A stretch of DNA of 64,000 bases from the human T2T-CHM13v2.0 reference genome, Homo sapiens, in the NCBI RefSeq assembly GCF_009914755.1, contig NC_060941.1; one strand, 5' to 3'. This document shows, in pieces, positions 53,526 through 64,000 of this stretch; the stretch's first letter is position 1, and every line of letters starts with the position of its first letter. A model generated the notes under the pieces. That model searched no databases. It was not told the origin of the DNA and worked only from the letters and a program-made list of their open reading frames with translations. A program made the translations under genes and the position numbers.

Positions 53526-55225
53526 ATGGACAACTCTGAATCTATTCCACCTGATTCCTCGCTTGACTACATCCTCCACCATTGGAAGCAATTTGACCCT
53601 GACAATGTAAAGAGAAGGAGCATATTTTTTTTTCTGCAATACTATCTGGCCCCATTATGAGCTGCCCAGCCAAGAACAATGGGCAGTCAACGGTAGCCTT
53701 CATTATGACACCATCCTGCAATTAGACCTATTTTGCAAGAGGCAGGGCAAAAGGTCAGAAATCCCATAAATACAGGCTTTCATGACCCTATACCAAAACC
53801 TAACAATCTGCAAAACTCCCAGAACCCACCCCCTAAAGGGAAGTTCTAAGGCACAGCTCAATATTATAGATGATCCCATTTTACAAGGACCACCTGTCTC
53901 TCAGAGTAAATAGCAACTGCCCCCATATAGCCCCTTGCCAAGGCTCCTGAGGCTAAAACCCAGGAGCAAACACTGGGAACCCTACTAAGTCCCCCTCACA
54001 CTTGGAGGGGAACACCTTATTCAACTCTCCCTCCAGACCTGCTACCCCTTAGGGAAGTAGCAGGAACCAAGGGGCCTGTCCTAGTGCAGGCCCCCTTCTC
54101 TATAACTGATATACAACAATGTAAGGGGAAGCTATTCTGAGATTCCTAGGAAATGTGCAGATGGGTTCCAAATTTTGACCTTAGCCTTTGAACTCTCATG
54201 GAGAGATGTTCAATTCATTTTAGCAACCTGTTGCACTCCCTCAGAAAAGGAACGAATCTTTGAGGCCACTTCCCCAACCCGAGAAGTGGATGAATTATTC
54301 ACTTGAAACCCTCAGGACAATCACTGGAGGCCAGATACAGTTCTCATTACTGATCCTAATTGGGACTATAACACCCCCATGGGAATGAACAACCAGGCTA
54401 AATTTCTTGAGGCTCTCCTTGGAGGAATGAGAAAGGGAATAACTAAGCCAGTAAATTATAATAAAGTAAGAGAGGTTACACAAGGCAAGGAGGAAAATCC
54501 AGCCATGTTTTACAGCAGGCTGGAGGAAGCCTTTAAGAAATATACTAATCTGGACGTTTCCTTTCCCGAAGGCAAAACATTAATGGCACAGCATTTCGTC
54601 AGTCAATCCACCCCAGTTATCAGACATAAGCTGCAAAAGCTACAGATGGGGCCACAAACTAATCAAAATCAACTTCTTAATACCACCTTTATGGTGGTAT
54701 TATGACCTGGAGGAAGTAAAAAGGGAACAGAGTGAAGAAAAACAGCAAGCCAAAATTATGGCAGACATCATTGGTGATGCCCTGAATGCCCAAAAAGCAT
54801 TTAAGGGAAACCCGAAGGGCCATAAACCACTGCCCTTTTCTGCAGGGCAGATGGAAAATTGGTTTTAGAAAGCAATGAATCAGACGTTTGTGTAGGAGTG
54901 TAACTTTGTAACCTCACTTCAGCCTCTGATTGGTTGCTTTCTGCAACCAATCAGAATGATTGTAGGCCACCACTTCATTTGCATGGGTTAAACACCAAGT
55001 GGCCATAATGGGCTCTTAATGCCAGCAAAGGCTTTTGCTTCAAATGCAAGGAAAATGGGCATTGGGCAAAGGAATATACTAAGCTTCCATCAGGCTCCTG
55101 CCATCAATGGGAAGGCACCAGTTGTGACTCCTGGCACTGGAGAATTGACTGCCCCTGCTCCCACCAAGGGGCTCAGTCAGGCAAAACTCCAGCAGTGCAA
55201 AAGGAGGAATTAGATGAAGACTGAG
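53526..55225 (+). pseudogene. gag: ERV1 gag pseudogene, with a U3-derived insert at 54826-55000
   Basis: MDNSESIPPDSSLDYILHHWKQFDP, FELSWRDVQ, VNYNKVREVTQGKEENPAMFYSRL (MHR), QSTPVIRHKLQKL, CFKCKENGHWAKEY knuckle; stops and frameshifts. Confidence 0.92.
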
Positions 55226-55567
55226 AGGGCCCAGGGTCTTCCTCACCCCCCCGTCCCGTAACACTGTAATTACTACTTAGGATCCCCAGGTAACTGGACG
55301 TCAGGGGCTCTCAAATTCAGTTTCTTTCCAATACAGGGGTGAATTACCCTGTCCTTACTGCTTATGCAGGCAAATTTTCCTCCTGGTCCATGGGTTTTAT
55401 GGGATTGGAAGGAAAGCCACAAACAAGATTCTTTACCCCTCCTTTGATCTGTCAATTTGAGAAACAAATCTTCCACAGAAATTTCTAGTAGTACCAAGCT
55501 GCCCAGTCCCCCTGTTTGGAAGAGATATTATGGTTAAAATAGGGACACTACTACAATTTAAGCATCC
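55226..55567 (+). pseudogene. pro: Protease pseudogene; provirus truncated here
   Basis: LDVRGSQIQFLSNTGVNYPVL (catalytic Asp lost), CPVPLFGRDIM. Confidence 0.8.
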
Positions 55568-55569
55568 AG

Positions 55570-55662
55570 CCTGTCACCCAGTCTGGAGTGCAGTGGCGTG
55601 ATCTCGACTCACTGCAACCTCCACCAGGTTCAAGCAATTCTCCTGTCTCAGCCTCCCTAGCT
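55570..55662 (-). mobile_element. Alu right-arm fragment
   Basis: 'ctgtcacccagtctggagtgcagtggcgtgatctc...ctcagcctccc'. Confidence 0.88.
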
Positions 55663-55664
55663 TT

Positions 55665-56110
55665 AGACTGATCCAGTTCTCCTCACTTTCTTGCTTGCCG
55701 TTCCAAGAATAACTGTAAAATGTGCTGGGAATGAAACATCCTGAAATATGGAGGGACTGGGAAAAGCAGGGTGAGCTCTGCTCCTGTTCAAACCTGCCCC
55801 CAGAAACAAAATGTCCTTCAATGCTTTAGCCCAGCATGTCATGTCCATGGGGCAATACATGGGAACACAGGGAGGGCTGTTTTGGGGTCCCTCAGCTGCA
55901 GTGCTAGCGGGGCACACACAGACAAGACTGTCCTCTCCAGGCAGCTTTCCTGAGGCTTGTGGGATCAGCACATCACGAACACTAGGCTTCTGCTGTCCCT
56001 TGCTGCCTAGAAAGTAATAAATCCATTTCATGTGACTTGTGTGCATGGTGTGTTCTGTCTCACCAGACTCAGACAAGTTGGTAGCCAGTGCACGGTGAAT
56101 CTACTTCACA
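55665..56110 (+). mobile_element. LTR47-like ERVL LTR
   Basis: 'aactgtaaaatgtgctgggaatgaaacatcctga', AATAAA ~56016, 'ctcagacaagttggtagccagtgcacggtgaatctacttcaca' end. Confidence 0.65.
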
Positions 56111-56400
56111 GTGATTCTGCTTCAGAGTACTTTGTTCTTCTGTCCTGAAAGAACTCTTGGGTGATATACACGCTGAGTGCCACTGCCTGTCGGAGTCATA
56201 AAGGCACCTTGCCACTCTCCCCTTTGTCTACACCAGGCCACTTGCCGCTGAGCAATGCACTGGCATCTCATCCCCTCAGCATCACATCTGCTCATGCAGC
56301 TGGTTTAGTCTTTCAGATTCAAAGCGACACAGACGCTCTGGGCTTCAAAGCATCTCTGTATTCCCAGCCCAACCATTTCTTATATTCATGACTAAATAAT

Positions 56401-56579
56401 GCAGCCTGTTGACTGGTGCTCACCCACAGTGGGGGCGGGTCTTCCTCTCCCAGCCCACCAACTCAAGTGTCAGCCTCCTCTGGCAACACACTCACAGACA
56501 CAACCAGAGACTATGCTTCATCAGCCATCTAGGCATTCCTCAAATCCAGTGAAGTTGATACCTAATATTAACCATCACA
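56401..56579 (-). mobile_element. MLT2 (ERVL) LTR 5' fragment; terminal ~20 bp tandemly duplicated to 56600
   Basis: 'ctggcaacacactcacagacac...aagttgatacctaatattaaccatcaca'. Confidence 0.75.
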
Positions 56580-56744
56580 TCACCTAATATTAACCATCAC
56601 CCTCACTCATTAACTTATTTATTTGTTTATCCCTTCAAAGGAAATATTTATTGAATGCCCTTTATATGTCAAGCATTGTGGTAGACCCTGGGGGCATGGC
56701 ATCTTTCCTCCTAGTGGGACCTTGGTTTTTATTGTTTTTTTCTT

Positions 56745-57455
56745 TAATTTTTAAAATATTATGTTTAGTTGGCAAATAATAATTATATGTATTTATAAAG
56801 TATCATTGTAGGAGGACGAGCCGCAGGCAAAACTCCTGAGACACAGAGTTAAAGAAGGAAGGGGTTTATTCGGCCGGGGGCATCGGCGAGACTCCTGTCT
56901 CAAGAGCTGAGCTCCCCGAATGAGCAATTCCTGTCCCTTTTAAAGGCTCACAACTCTAGGGGGGTGCAAGTGGAGAGGGTCGTGATTGATTGAGCAAGCA
57001 GGGGGTATGTGACTCGGGGCTGCATGCACTGGTAATTAGATCAGAACAAAACAGGATAGGGATTTTCACAGTGCTTTTCTGTGCAATGTCTGTAATCTAT
57101 AGATAACATAACCGATTAGGTCAGGGGTTGATCTTTAACTACCAGGCCTAGGGTGTGGCGCCGGGCTGCCTGCTTGTGGATTTCATTTCTGCCTTTTAGT
57201 TTTTACTTTTTCTTTCTTTGGAGGCAGAAATTGGGCATAAGACAGTATGAGAGGTGGTCTCCTCCTTTACCATGAGATGTTTTGACATATGCATACATTA
57301 TGGAATAATTAAATCCAGCTAATGAACATATTCATTACCTCACATGCTTATCTTTTTTTACTTTGTAGTATGAACCTTTAAAATCTGCTCTCTTAATAAT
57401 TTTGAAATATATATTATGATTAACCATAGTCATCATGCTGTGCAACAGATCTCAA
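56745..57455 (-). mobile_element. L1MA 3' end split by LTR2B
   Basis: 'atattcattacctcacatgcttatc...aaccatagtcatcatgctgtgcaacagatctc'. Confidence 0.75.
56807..57269 (-). mobile_element. LTR2B-like solo LTR (HERV-E/Harlequin)
   Basis: Reverse complement begins TAAAGGAGGAGACCACCTCTCATACTGTCTTATGCCCAATTTCTGCCTCCAAAGAAAG; TSD tcat/ccat. Confidence 0.88.
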
Positions 57456-57789
57456 AATAATTGGGTCAAACTTGTGTACCCAACTCTCTGGGCCACCAAT
57501 AAATTCTCTCCCACAAGCCTTCTCAGTCCCTTATGCAAAATTATTTTAAGCAATAACACCAGAATAAACTCAGAACATTCTAGCTGTGTAAGGAGTCCCT
57601 TAGTCTGTCTCACAGCACCCTTTATTAGAGTCTACGTGCCTTCAGGACAGGGATCATATCTTCATCAACCAACCATCCTCTAAAGGAGTATTTTTATAAA
57701 CTATAATTTTTCAATACTATATGACAGCATCTTTCAAGACATGGTCTTGGACTAATTGAATTAGATTACTTAGGATTTTTAAAAAATTC

Positions 57790-57955
57790 ATGAAATACAT
57801 CCTGCATCAGAATCACTGAGGATGCTTGAAACGCAGATTCCTGGACCAAATCTTGAACCCTCTAATGTTGAATCTGTAGAGTTCCACAGGATACTCTGTG
57901 AAGCATCCTAGGGCATTGTTAACATGCTCCCTGGTGATTCTGAGGCACGTCAAAG
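57790..57955. mobile_element. MER5-like MITE
   Basis: 'ctgcatcagaatcactgaggatgcttgaaacgcagattcctgg...ctccctggtgattctgaggc'. Confidence 0.65.
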
Positions 57956-58399
57956 TCAAGTAGGTTCTTCATATCTGCATCTGTTCACACATAGGGAATC
58001 TGCAGAAATTAATCCTTATCTAAAATTTATTTTAGATAAGGATTATGTCATTGCTTAAAAGAAAAACTTGACAATAATTCCTCTAAAACACCCAAGCCAA
58101 GGGTGCAGTGTGAGATGAGCTAAGAATTGAGATGAAATCATCAAATTGTTAGGAGATTAAAGCAAAATAAACATGGAGGTGAACAGAAGTTGGGAAAGAG
58201 GTATCCATAGAAATGCAGTCAAATCTAAGTCAGGGGAACCAAAGGTCAGTTTGTGTGACCCTCTGGGGTCTTGATCTAAAGGCTTTAGCCAAGTAGCAAG
58301 TTCAGAGAATTTTGGAAGCCTCTACTGAGTGGTCCAGAAAAAGCTGCAAAGACCTTGTTAGGGTGCAGCTGGATCCCCTTTGAAAGACTGTAGCTTCTA

Positions 58400-58868
<469 letters not shown>

Positions 58869-60367
58869 CTATGTCTCTGTCAGGAGTAGCATTTGGAACC
58901 TGAGGAAAAGTGGTCAGCCTGACGATAGAACTTGAGCATCCATTGATCCCATCAACATAGGCTTAGATGCAAAGATACTTCTGCATTCACATAAATCAGA
59001 AAAATAAAAATCAACTGGTGAGCCTCCTAGGGAGAGAAGAGCATCAAGGAAAAAGCAGTATTTGTGATTCTTCTGCTCCATAGGTACTTCTCGGAAGCAA
59101 AGGACTGATTTCAAAGAAATGAAGGGATTCCTTGTATCTCATGAAAAGGCTTCCTGTCTAGCAGAGAGGTGGAGAAAATGCAGTCATCACTGCTAATTCC
59201 AGATCATCTTTGAGAGGAGGAGACACCTCTGTGCAGGACCTGGCTCCCTTAGAGATAAAACCAGCTTGAGGAAGAGCCAGCAGTCTGTTGAGTAGCCCCA
59301 GCTCACTTGGAGAAACCATTTTCACTGGAATTTTTCAGAGGCCAGATCTGGATTCCAGAGCAACTTTATGAGGTGCTACTGTAAGTAATGAATGCATATT
59401 TACCAAATGTTCCAGAATTTACAGAAGTAAGTGTTGAAAATTCTTTTTTGTAAATTTCTCCAGAGCCTGCACCAGATCTTAATCCTTGAGTGGGATTTGA
59501 GATTTACAAACAGGCAACAGACAGTTGGGAACAGGGAAGATGAATCGGGTCAGTGCCCAAGCCCAGTAATTGGGGTCATAAAAAGGTGACACTTTTTCTA
59601 TAATGAGGATGCATCACTTTTATGATAAATCAAAGTTAATTTTAAAAAATCAGACTGATTCCATTACGTGACTCAAATTAGCCTTGAAAGTAATCTGCCA
59701 AGAGGAAAGAAAAATGGCTGATAGCAATGGTAGCACCATTAGAATTCATAGACAGCTGCCCATAGTGATGATATTGTAGGAAACAGTCTTCACTAGAAAT
59801 ACCAGCATTTTATTTTAAAAGGTCTTCATAGAGGTCTGAAACAAACACCCTGTTCAGAGACATTCCACCACCGCATTCACCAGGTGAATGCCTGACATTC
59901 CACCACCTGCATCATGAGGTGGTTCACTGCATGAACCACCTCCACTCAGGAAACCTAAGATCCTGAAGCATCAAAATCCTCAGTGGAACTTTTCTGCCTT
60001 GACTAGCTCAAAACACATCTCACCCCCTCAGTGGGGGCCCCAGCATAGTCTTGGTATTGAGGAAGGTTACAGAGACTGGAGGGAAGCCAGGGGATCAGAC
60101 TGACTTCCTAGTGTGAGGGCTATATATAAATGGATATTAATGAAGAGAAAAAGGCCCAGACCATGCCAACAGCCTCCTTCCTAGCCCTTCTGGCACTGGT
60201 CTCGCCTGCCCTGCACACAATCCCACAGCACTCTCAGAGAGACTCTCTGACAGTCAGGTCACACCTCCAGTCACAGGTTCAAAGTTTGTAAGGGTCTCAT
60301 CACTTTTCCAGGAGAAAATGTAAGCCCACTTGCATGGTGCAGAAGACTTTCTCCACTGCTTCCCTGT

Positions 60368-60580
60368 TGATATAGTTTGGATATTTGTCCCCTCCAAATC
60401 TCATGTTGAAATTTGATCCCCCATGTTGGAGGTGGGGCCTGATAGAAGGTGCTTTGGTCATGGAGGTGGATGCCTCATGAATGACTTGATGCCTTACCTG
60501 CATAATGAGTGAGTTCTCACTCTATTAGCACATGAGAGAGCTGATTGTTTAAAAGAGTGCAGCACCTCTCCCCTCTCTCT
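60368..60580 (+). mobile_element. MSTB-like LTR, 5' half
   Basis: 'tgatatagtttggatatttgtcccctccaaatctcatgttgaaatttgatcccc'. Confidence 0.82.
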
Positions 60581-61202
60581 CCATTGCATCATTTCCTCAA
60601 CTTCCTTCTGCTTGGCTCCCTTTTTCTCTTTATTATTGCCCCAATACCTTCTATGTGCCTCACCCATCCTTCTATGGCAGAGACTAGCTCACCCGATTAC
60701 AATTATCCAATGGAAATAAAACTAGGAATTGAAATGGGGTTGCATGATAGGCAGAATTCTAGGCTCTAGAAACACCATTTGGTCACATTCAATAAAATGC
60801 ACCACCTGGCTTTTCACAACCACCTGGTTGGTTTCTCCCTTTGGAAGGAATTAGGCCAGACTCAAAAGAATCTGATTTGACAGGTGGATACCAAGTAGGG
60901 TTTCAGAAAACTAAGGCTGCTGGGCTAATAAGGTAGTTACTTAGAATGGCCAAAAGCACAGATCCAAGTTTGAGATGAAAAGACCTATCTGTAGGAGGGT
61001 TCTAGAGAGATAGAATAACTGTATTAGATCCAAACAATGGGAGTCCAAAGGAGAGAGAGAGACAGAGAGCACAGATCAGAGGTAAGAAGACCAGTATGAG
61101 AAAGCAGATGGAGGTTGTACCAGCTTGATATTGAGGGGTGAGGGTTTACTGGGAAGGGGCTTGAAAGAACATTGTAGGGTAATGTAAATATTCTGTGTCC
61201 TG

Positions 61203-61495
61203 GGCCAGGTGCAGTGAGTGGTTCATGCCTGTAATCCCAGCACTTTGGGAGGCCGAGCTGAGCAGATCATTTGAGATCAGGAGTTTGAGACCAGCCTGGG
61301 CAACATGGGGAAATGCCATCTCTACAAAAAATACAAAAGTTAATCAAGTGTGGTGGCACTTGCTTGTAGTCCCAGCTACTTGGGAGGCTGAGGTGGGAGA
61401 TTGCTTGAACCTGGGAGGCTGTGAGCCAAAATTACGCCACTGCATTCCAGCTTGGGAGACAGAGTGACACCCTATCTCAAAAAAAAAAAAAAAAA
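61203..61495 (+). mobile_element. AluJ
   Basis: Dimer with poly(A), inside an old L1ME 3'-end remnant. Confidence 0.88.
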
Positions 61496-61497
61496 TT

Positions 61498-61792
61498 GGC
61501 TGGAAATCATCATTCTGAACAAAGTATTGCAAGGACAGAAAACCAAACACCGCATATTCTCACTCATAGGTGGGAATTGAACAATGAGAACACCTGGACA
61601 CAGGTTGGGGAACATCACATACCTGGGCCTGTCATGGCGTGGGGGGAGAGGGGAGGGATAGCATTAGGAGATATACCTAATGTAAATGACGAGTTAATGG
61701 GTGCAGCACACCAACATGGCACATGCATACATATGTAACAAACTTGCACGTTGTGCACATGTACCGTAGAACTTAAAGTATAATAAAAAAAA
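61498..61792 (+). mobile_element. 5'-truncated L1PA (PA4-PA6-like) 3' end inserted in the Alu tail
   Basis: 'ttctcactcataggtgggaattgaacaatgagaac...gcattaggagatatacctaatgtaaatgacgagttaatgggtgcagcacaccaacatggcac...aacttaaagtataataaaaa'. Confidence 0.93.
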
Positions 61793-62216
61793 ATTTTTCT
61801 TTTAAATTCTGCATCTTGATTGTGGTTATGCAGGTACATTCACTTGTCAAAAGTCATCATATTGGATGACTTTTATAGTATGTCAATTATTCATCAGCAC
61901 ACTTGATCAATGTTTTTAATTAGGGAAGAAGAAATAGGCGAATAAGTTTTTAAAGGGTTATAAGTGCCCAGAGCCCACTATATGGACCATAGACAAGAAC
62001 TGAAGGCAAAGGGGAACTCCAGAAGGTTGTTCTGTTCCTCCCTCTCTCAAAATATCAAAAAATCATATCTCAGAGCTGGATCACTTTTCTGAAGTATATT
62101 CCACAGAATACTAATTTCATGAGTTGCTCCTTGAATCAAAAGAATCTGAAGTCAAATAAATTTTGGAAATGCTCATACTTTATCCACCTTTTGGATGATC
62201 CCAACATATATTAGAC

Positions 62217-62836
62217 CAGCACTGTCTAGGAAAATTATAACCCAAGTTCCATTAGTAATTTAACATTTTTGAGAAGCCATATTTTTAAATCAATTTAGGT
62301 TTAATAAAATATTTATTTTATGCCTACAAATACACACACATACACACACAAACACACAGAAACAGAGAGATTTATCACAAGGCATTGGCTCATATAATTA
62401 ATTATGAAGCCAGAGAAGGCCCAAGATCTGTAGTTGGCAAGCTGGAGGGCCAGGAAAGCCAATAGTATAGTTCCGATCTGAGTCCATGTCTCAAGGCAGA
62501 AGACCAACGTTCCACCCTGAAGATGATCAGACACAGAAAGAAAATTCTTTATTGCTCAGCCTTTTATTCTCTCCAGACCTTCAACAGATTGGATGTGGCC
62601 CACCCACATTAGGGAGTTTAATCTGCTTTCTGTGGTCTACTGATGCAAATGGTAATCTCATCCAGAAACACCCAGAGATCATGTTTAACCAAACATCCAT
62701 GTGCCCAGTCAAGTTAACAATAAAATAAACCACATTTACATGCTTTTACACTGAACGGCACATCTCAACATAGATGAGCCACATATCAAGTGCTAAACAG
62801 CCACTTGGCTGATGGCCACCATATTGTAAGTAGAGC
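62217..62836. mobile_element. MER33/MER3-like hAT element split by an MLT2 LTR
   Basis: 'cagcactgtctagg...' and 'agccacatatcaagtgctaaacagccacttggctgatggccaccatattg'. Confidence 0.65.
62330..62735 (-). mobile_element. MLT2 (B/D-like) LTR
   Basis: 'ggcattggctcatataatt...ggcaagctggagggccagg...cccagtcaagttaacaataaaataaaccaca'. Confidence 0.75.
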
Positions 62837-63034
62837 ATTAGAATAATAAAGGCTCTGAGAAGACTTACAATAAAGAAACCTTTTTAATGTTGTTTAATCC
62901 AGTGTGTTCAAACTTTATTTGACTGCAGGACCCTTATTTCCAGTTATTGATCAACCAATTGATTGATTGATTGATTTTTACTGATTTCATTTATTATTAT
63001 CTTGTTCTACAGTAACACACTTTAGAAATATCAA

Positions 63035-63405
63035 CCTAGTTCAAAGTCCATAAAGTAGAGGTCCAACAATTAGATATAACCTACAGATGTGTTTTAGTTG
63101 CTTTTTTGAGTGATGTTTTAAAAATTGTTTTTGAGTAGTTTAAGCCAGCTTTTAAAAATTAGGAGATTTCACATGTAAATCTGGATTTGTAATTTAAAAG
63201 TGGAAACACCTGATCACACTGAGTCTGTATTTCCTCATGGCAACAATAGGCTAAAGTTGAGTGTCTGCTGCTCTCTTTATCATGGGGTGGGGAGTGGAGT
63301 GGGCTCAGAGGCACACAGCTCAGGGCATCCACACTAATGCTCCAATGTACGTATGTGTACCCACACCTGGGCAACGCATCCGTGAGAGTTATCTACTTGC
63401 CCTGT
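63035..63405. mobile_element. MER102-like hAT element
   Basis: 'aaaaattaggagatttcacatgtaaatctggattt...catggcaacaataggctaaagttgagt'. Confidence 0.6.
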
Positions 63406-63439
63406 TAACAATTAAGTGTGCATGCCCTGATCAATCTCA

Positions 63440-63575
63440 GTCATCCCACTTTCAGATAAATAAATTTAAGCCTAGAGAGTTTAATTTAGGTCATTCACCT
63501 AAAGTCATTTCTTGAGTTAGTGGCAGAGGAAGAACCATTCCCCATTTCTCCTGATGGTTCTATATGCTGTCCTGA
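63440..63575 (-). mobile_element. MIR fragment
   Basis: 'catcccactttcagataaataaattt...cacctaaagtcat...gagttagtggcagagg'. Confidence 0.6.
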
Positions 63576-64000
63576 TACTTCTACCGATGTTCCTTCTCCT
63601 TCTTTACCTTCAGAGAAGCACAGAATCTGTGAGCCTGACTTACTAACTCTTCACTCTCTCATTATGCTCTTTAAGTTGAAGTGATTCTCTCTGCCTGACA
63701 CTATTTGGTTCTGCACTCATCACTAATGAGATGCTAACTTGAAACAAATCAAGGGATGAGAGAACCTTTGAGGAGGTCAATATATCCCACTGTGGTACCA
63801 GAGACAGTCCCAAATTCCTTAGATAATCATTCAGTCTTCTTGTTTGGACTTAATCAAAACATTGTGTCCACTGCTGAGGAGCATCCCGACTGAACAGAAT
63901 CCCACCACGAGGCCTTCAGGAGATAGTGCATCTGGGCAGAATGCCAGAGCAGTCAGGATTTAGCTACTCCCAGAGGGACATGCATTCCTCCCATCACGAT

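Overview
Primate, very probably human, non-coding genomic DNA: a near-consensus AluYd8 sits at 58400-58696. I see no credible host protein-coding exon, RNA gene or CRISPR array. Most of the window is interspersed repeat, with an unusually dense set of class I endogenous retrovirus (ERV) remains. (i) A minus-strand LTR49/MER4-group element (2340-~12210) contains an LTR1-type provirus with PBS-Pro and decayed gag-pro-pol (3717-~10157), plus an Alu that itself holds a solo HERV-H LTR7. (ii) A 2.8-kb two-LTR mini-provirus (47179-49980) is a deletion derivative of the same gag lineage. (iii) A MER51 LTR with PBS-Arg and decayed gag-pro lies at 51888-55567. (iv) There are solo or partial MER50, LTR1, LTR26-like, LTR2B, LTR47-like, MLT and MST LTRs, an old L1, many Alus, hAT MITEs and microsatellites. 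All retroviral ORFs are broken by stops or frameshifts. I cannot support a new biological system here. The most unusual signals are four short locally templated insertions or duplications (two flanked by direct repeats with microhomology), the helper/mini-element ERV pair, and several motif-dense LTRs. Repeat family names come from recalled consensus sequences, not from a database search. Boundaries without a target-site duplication (TSD) are approximate.
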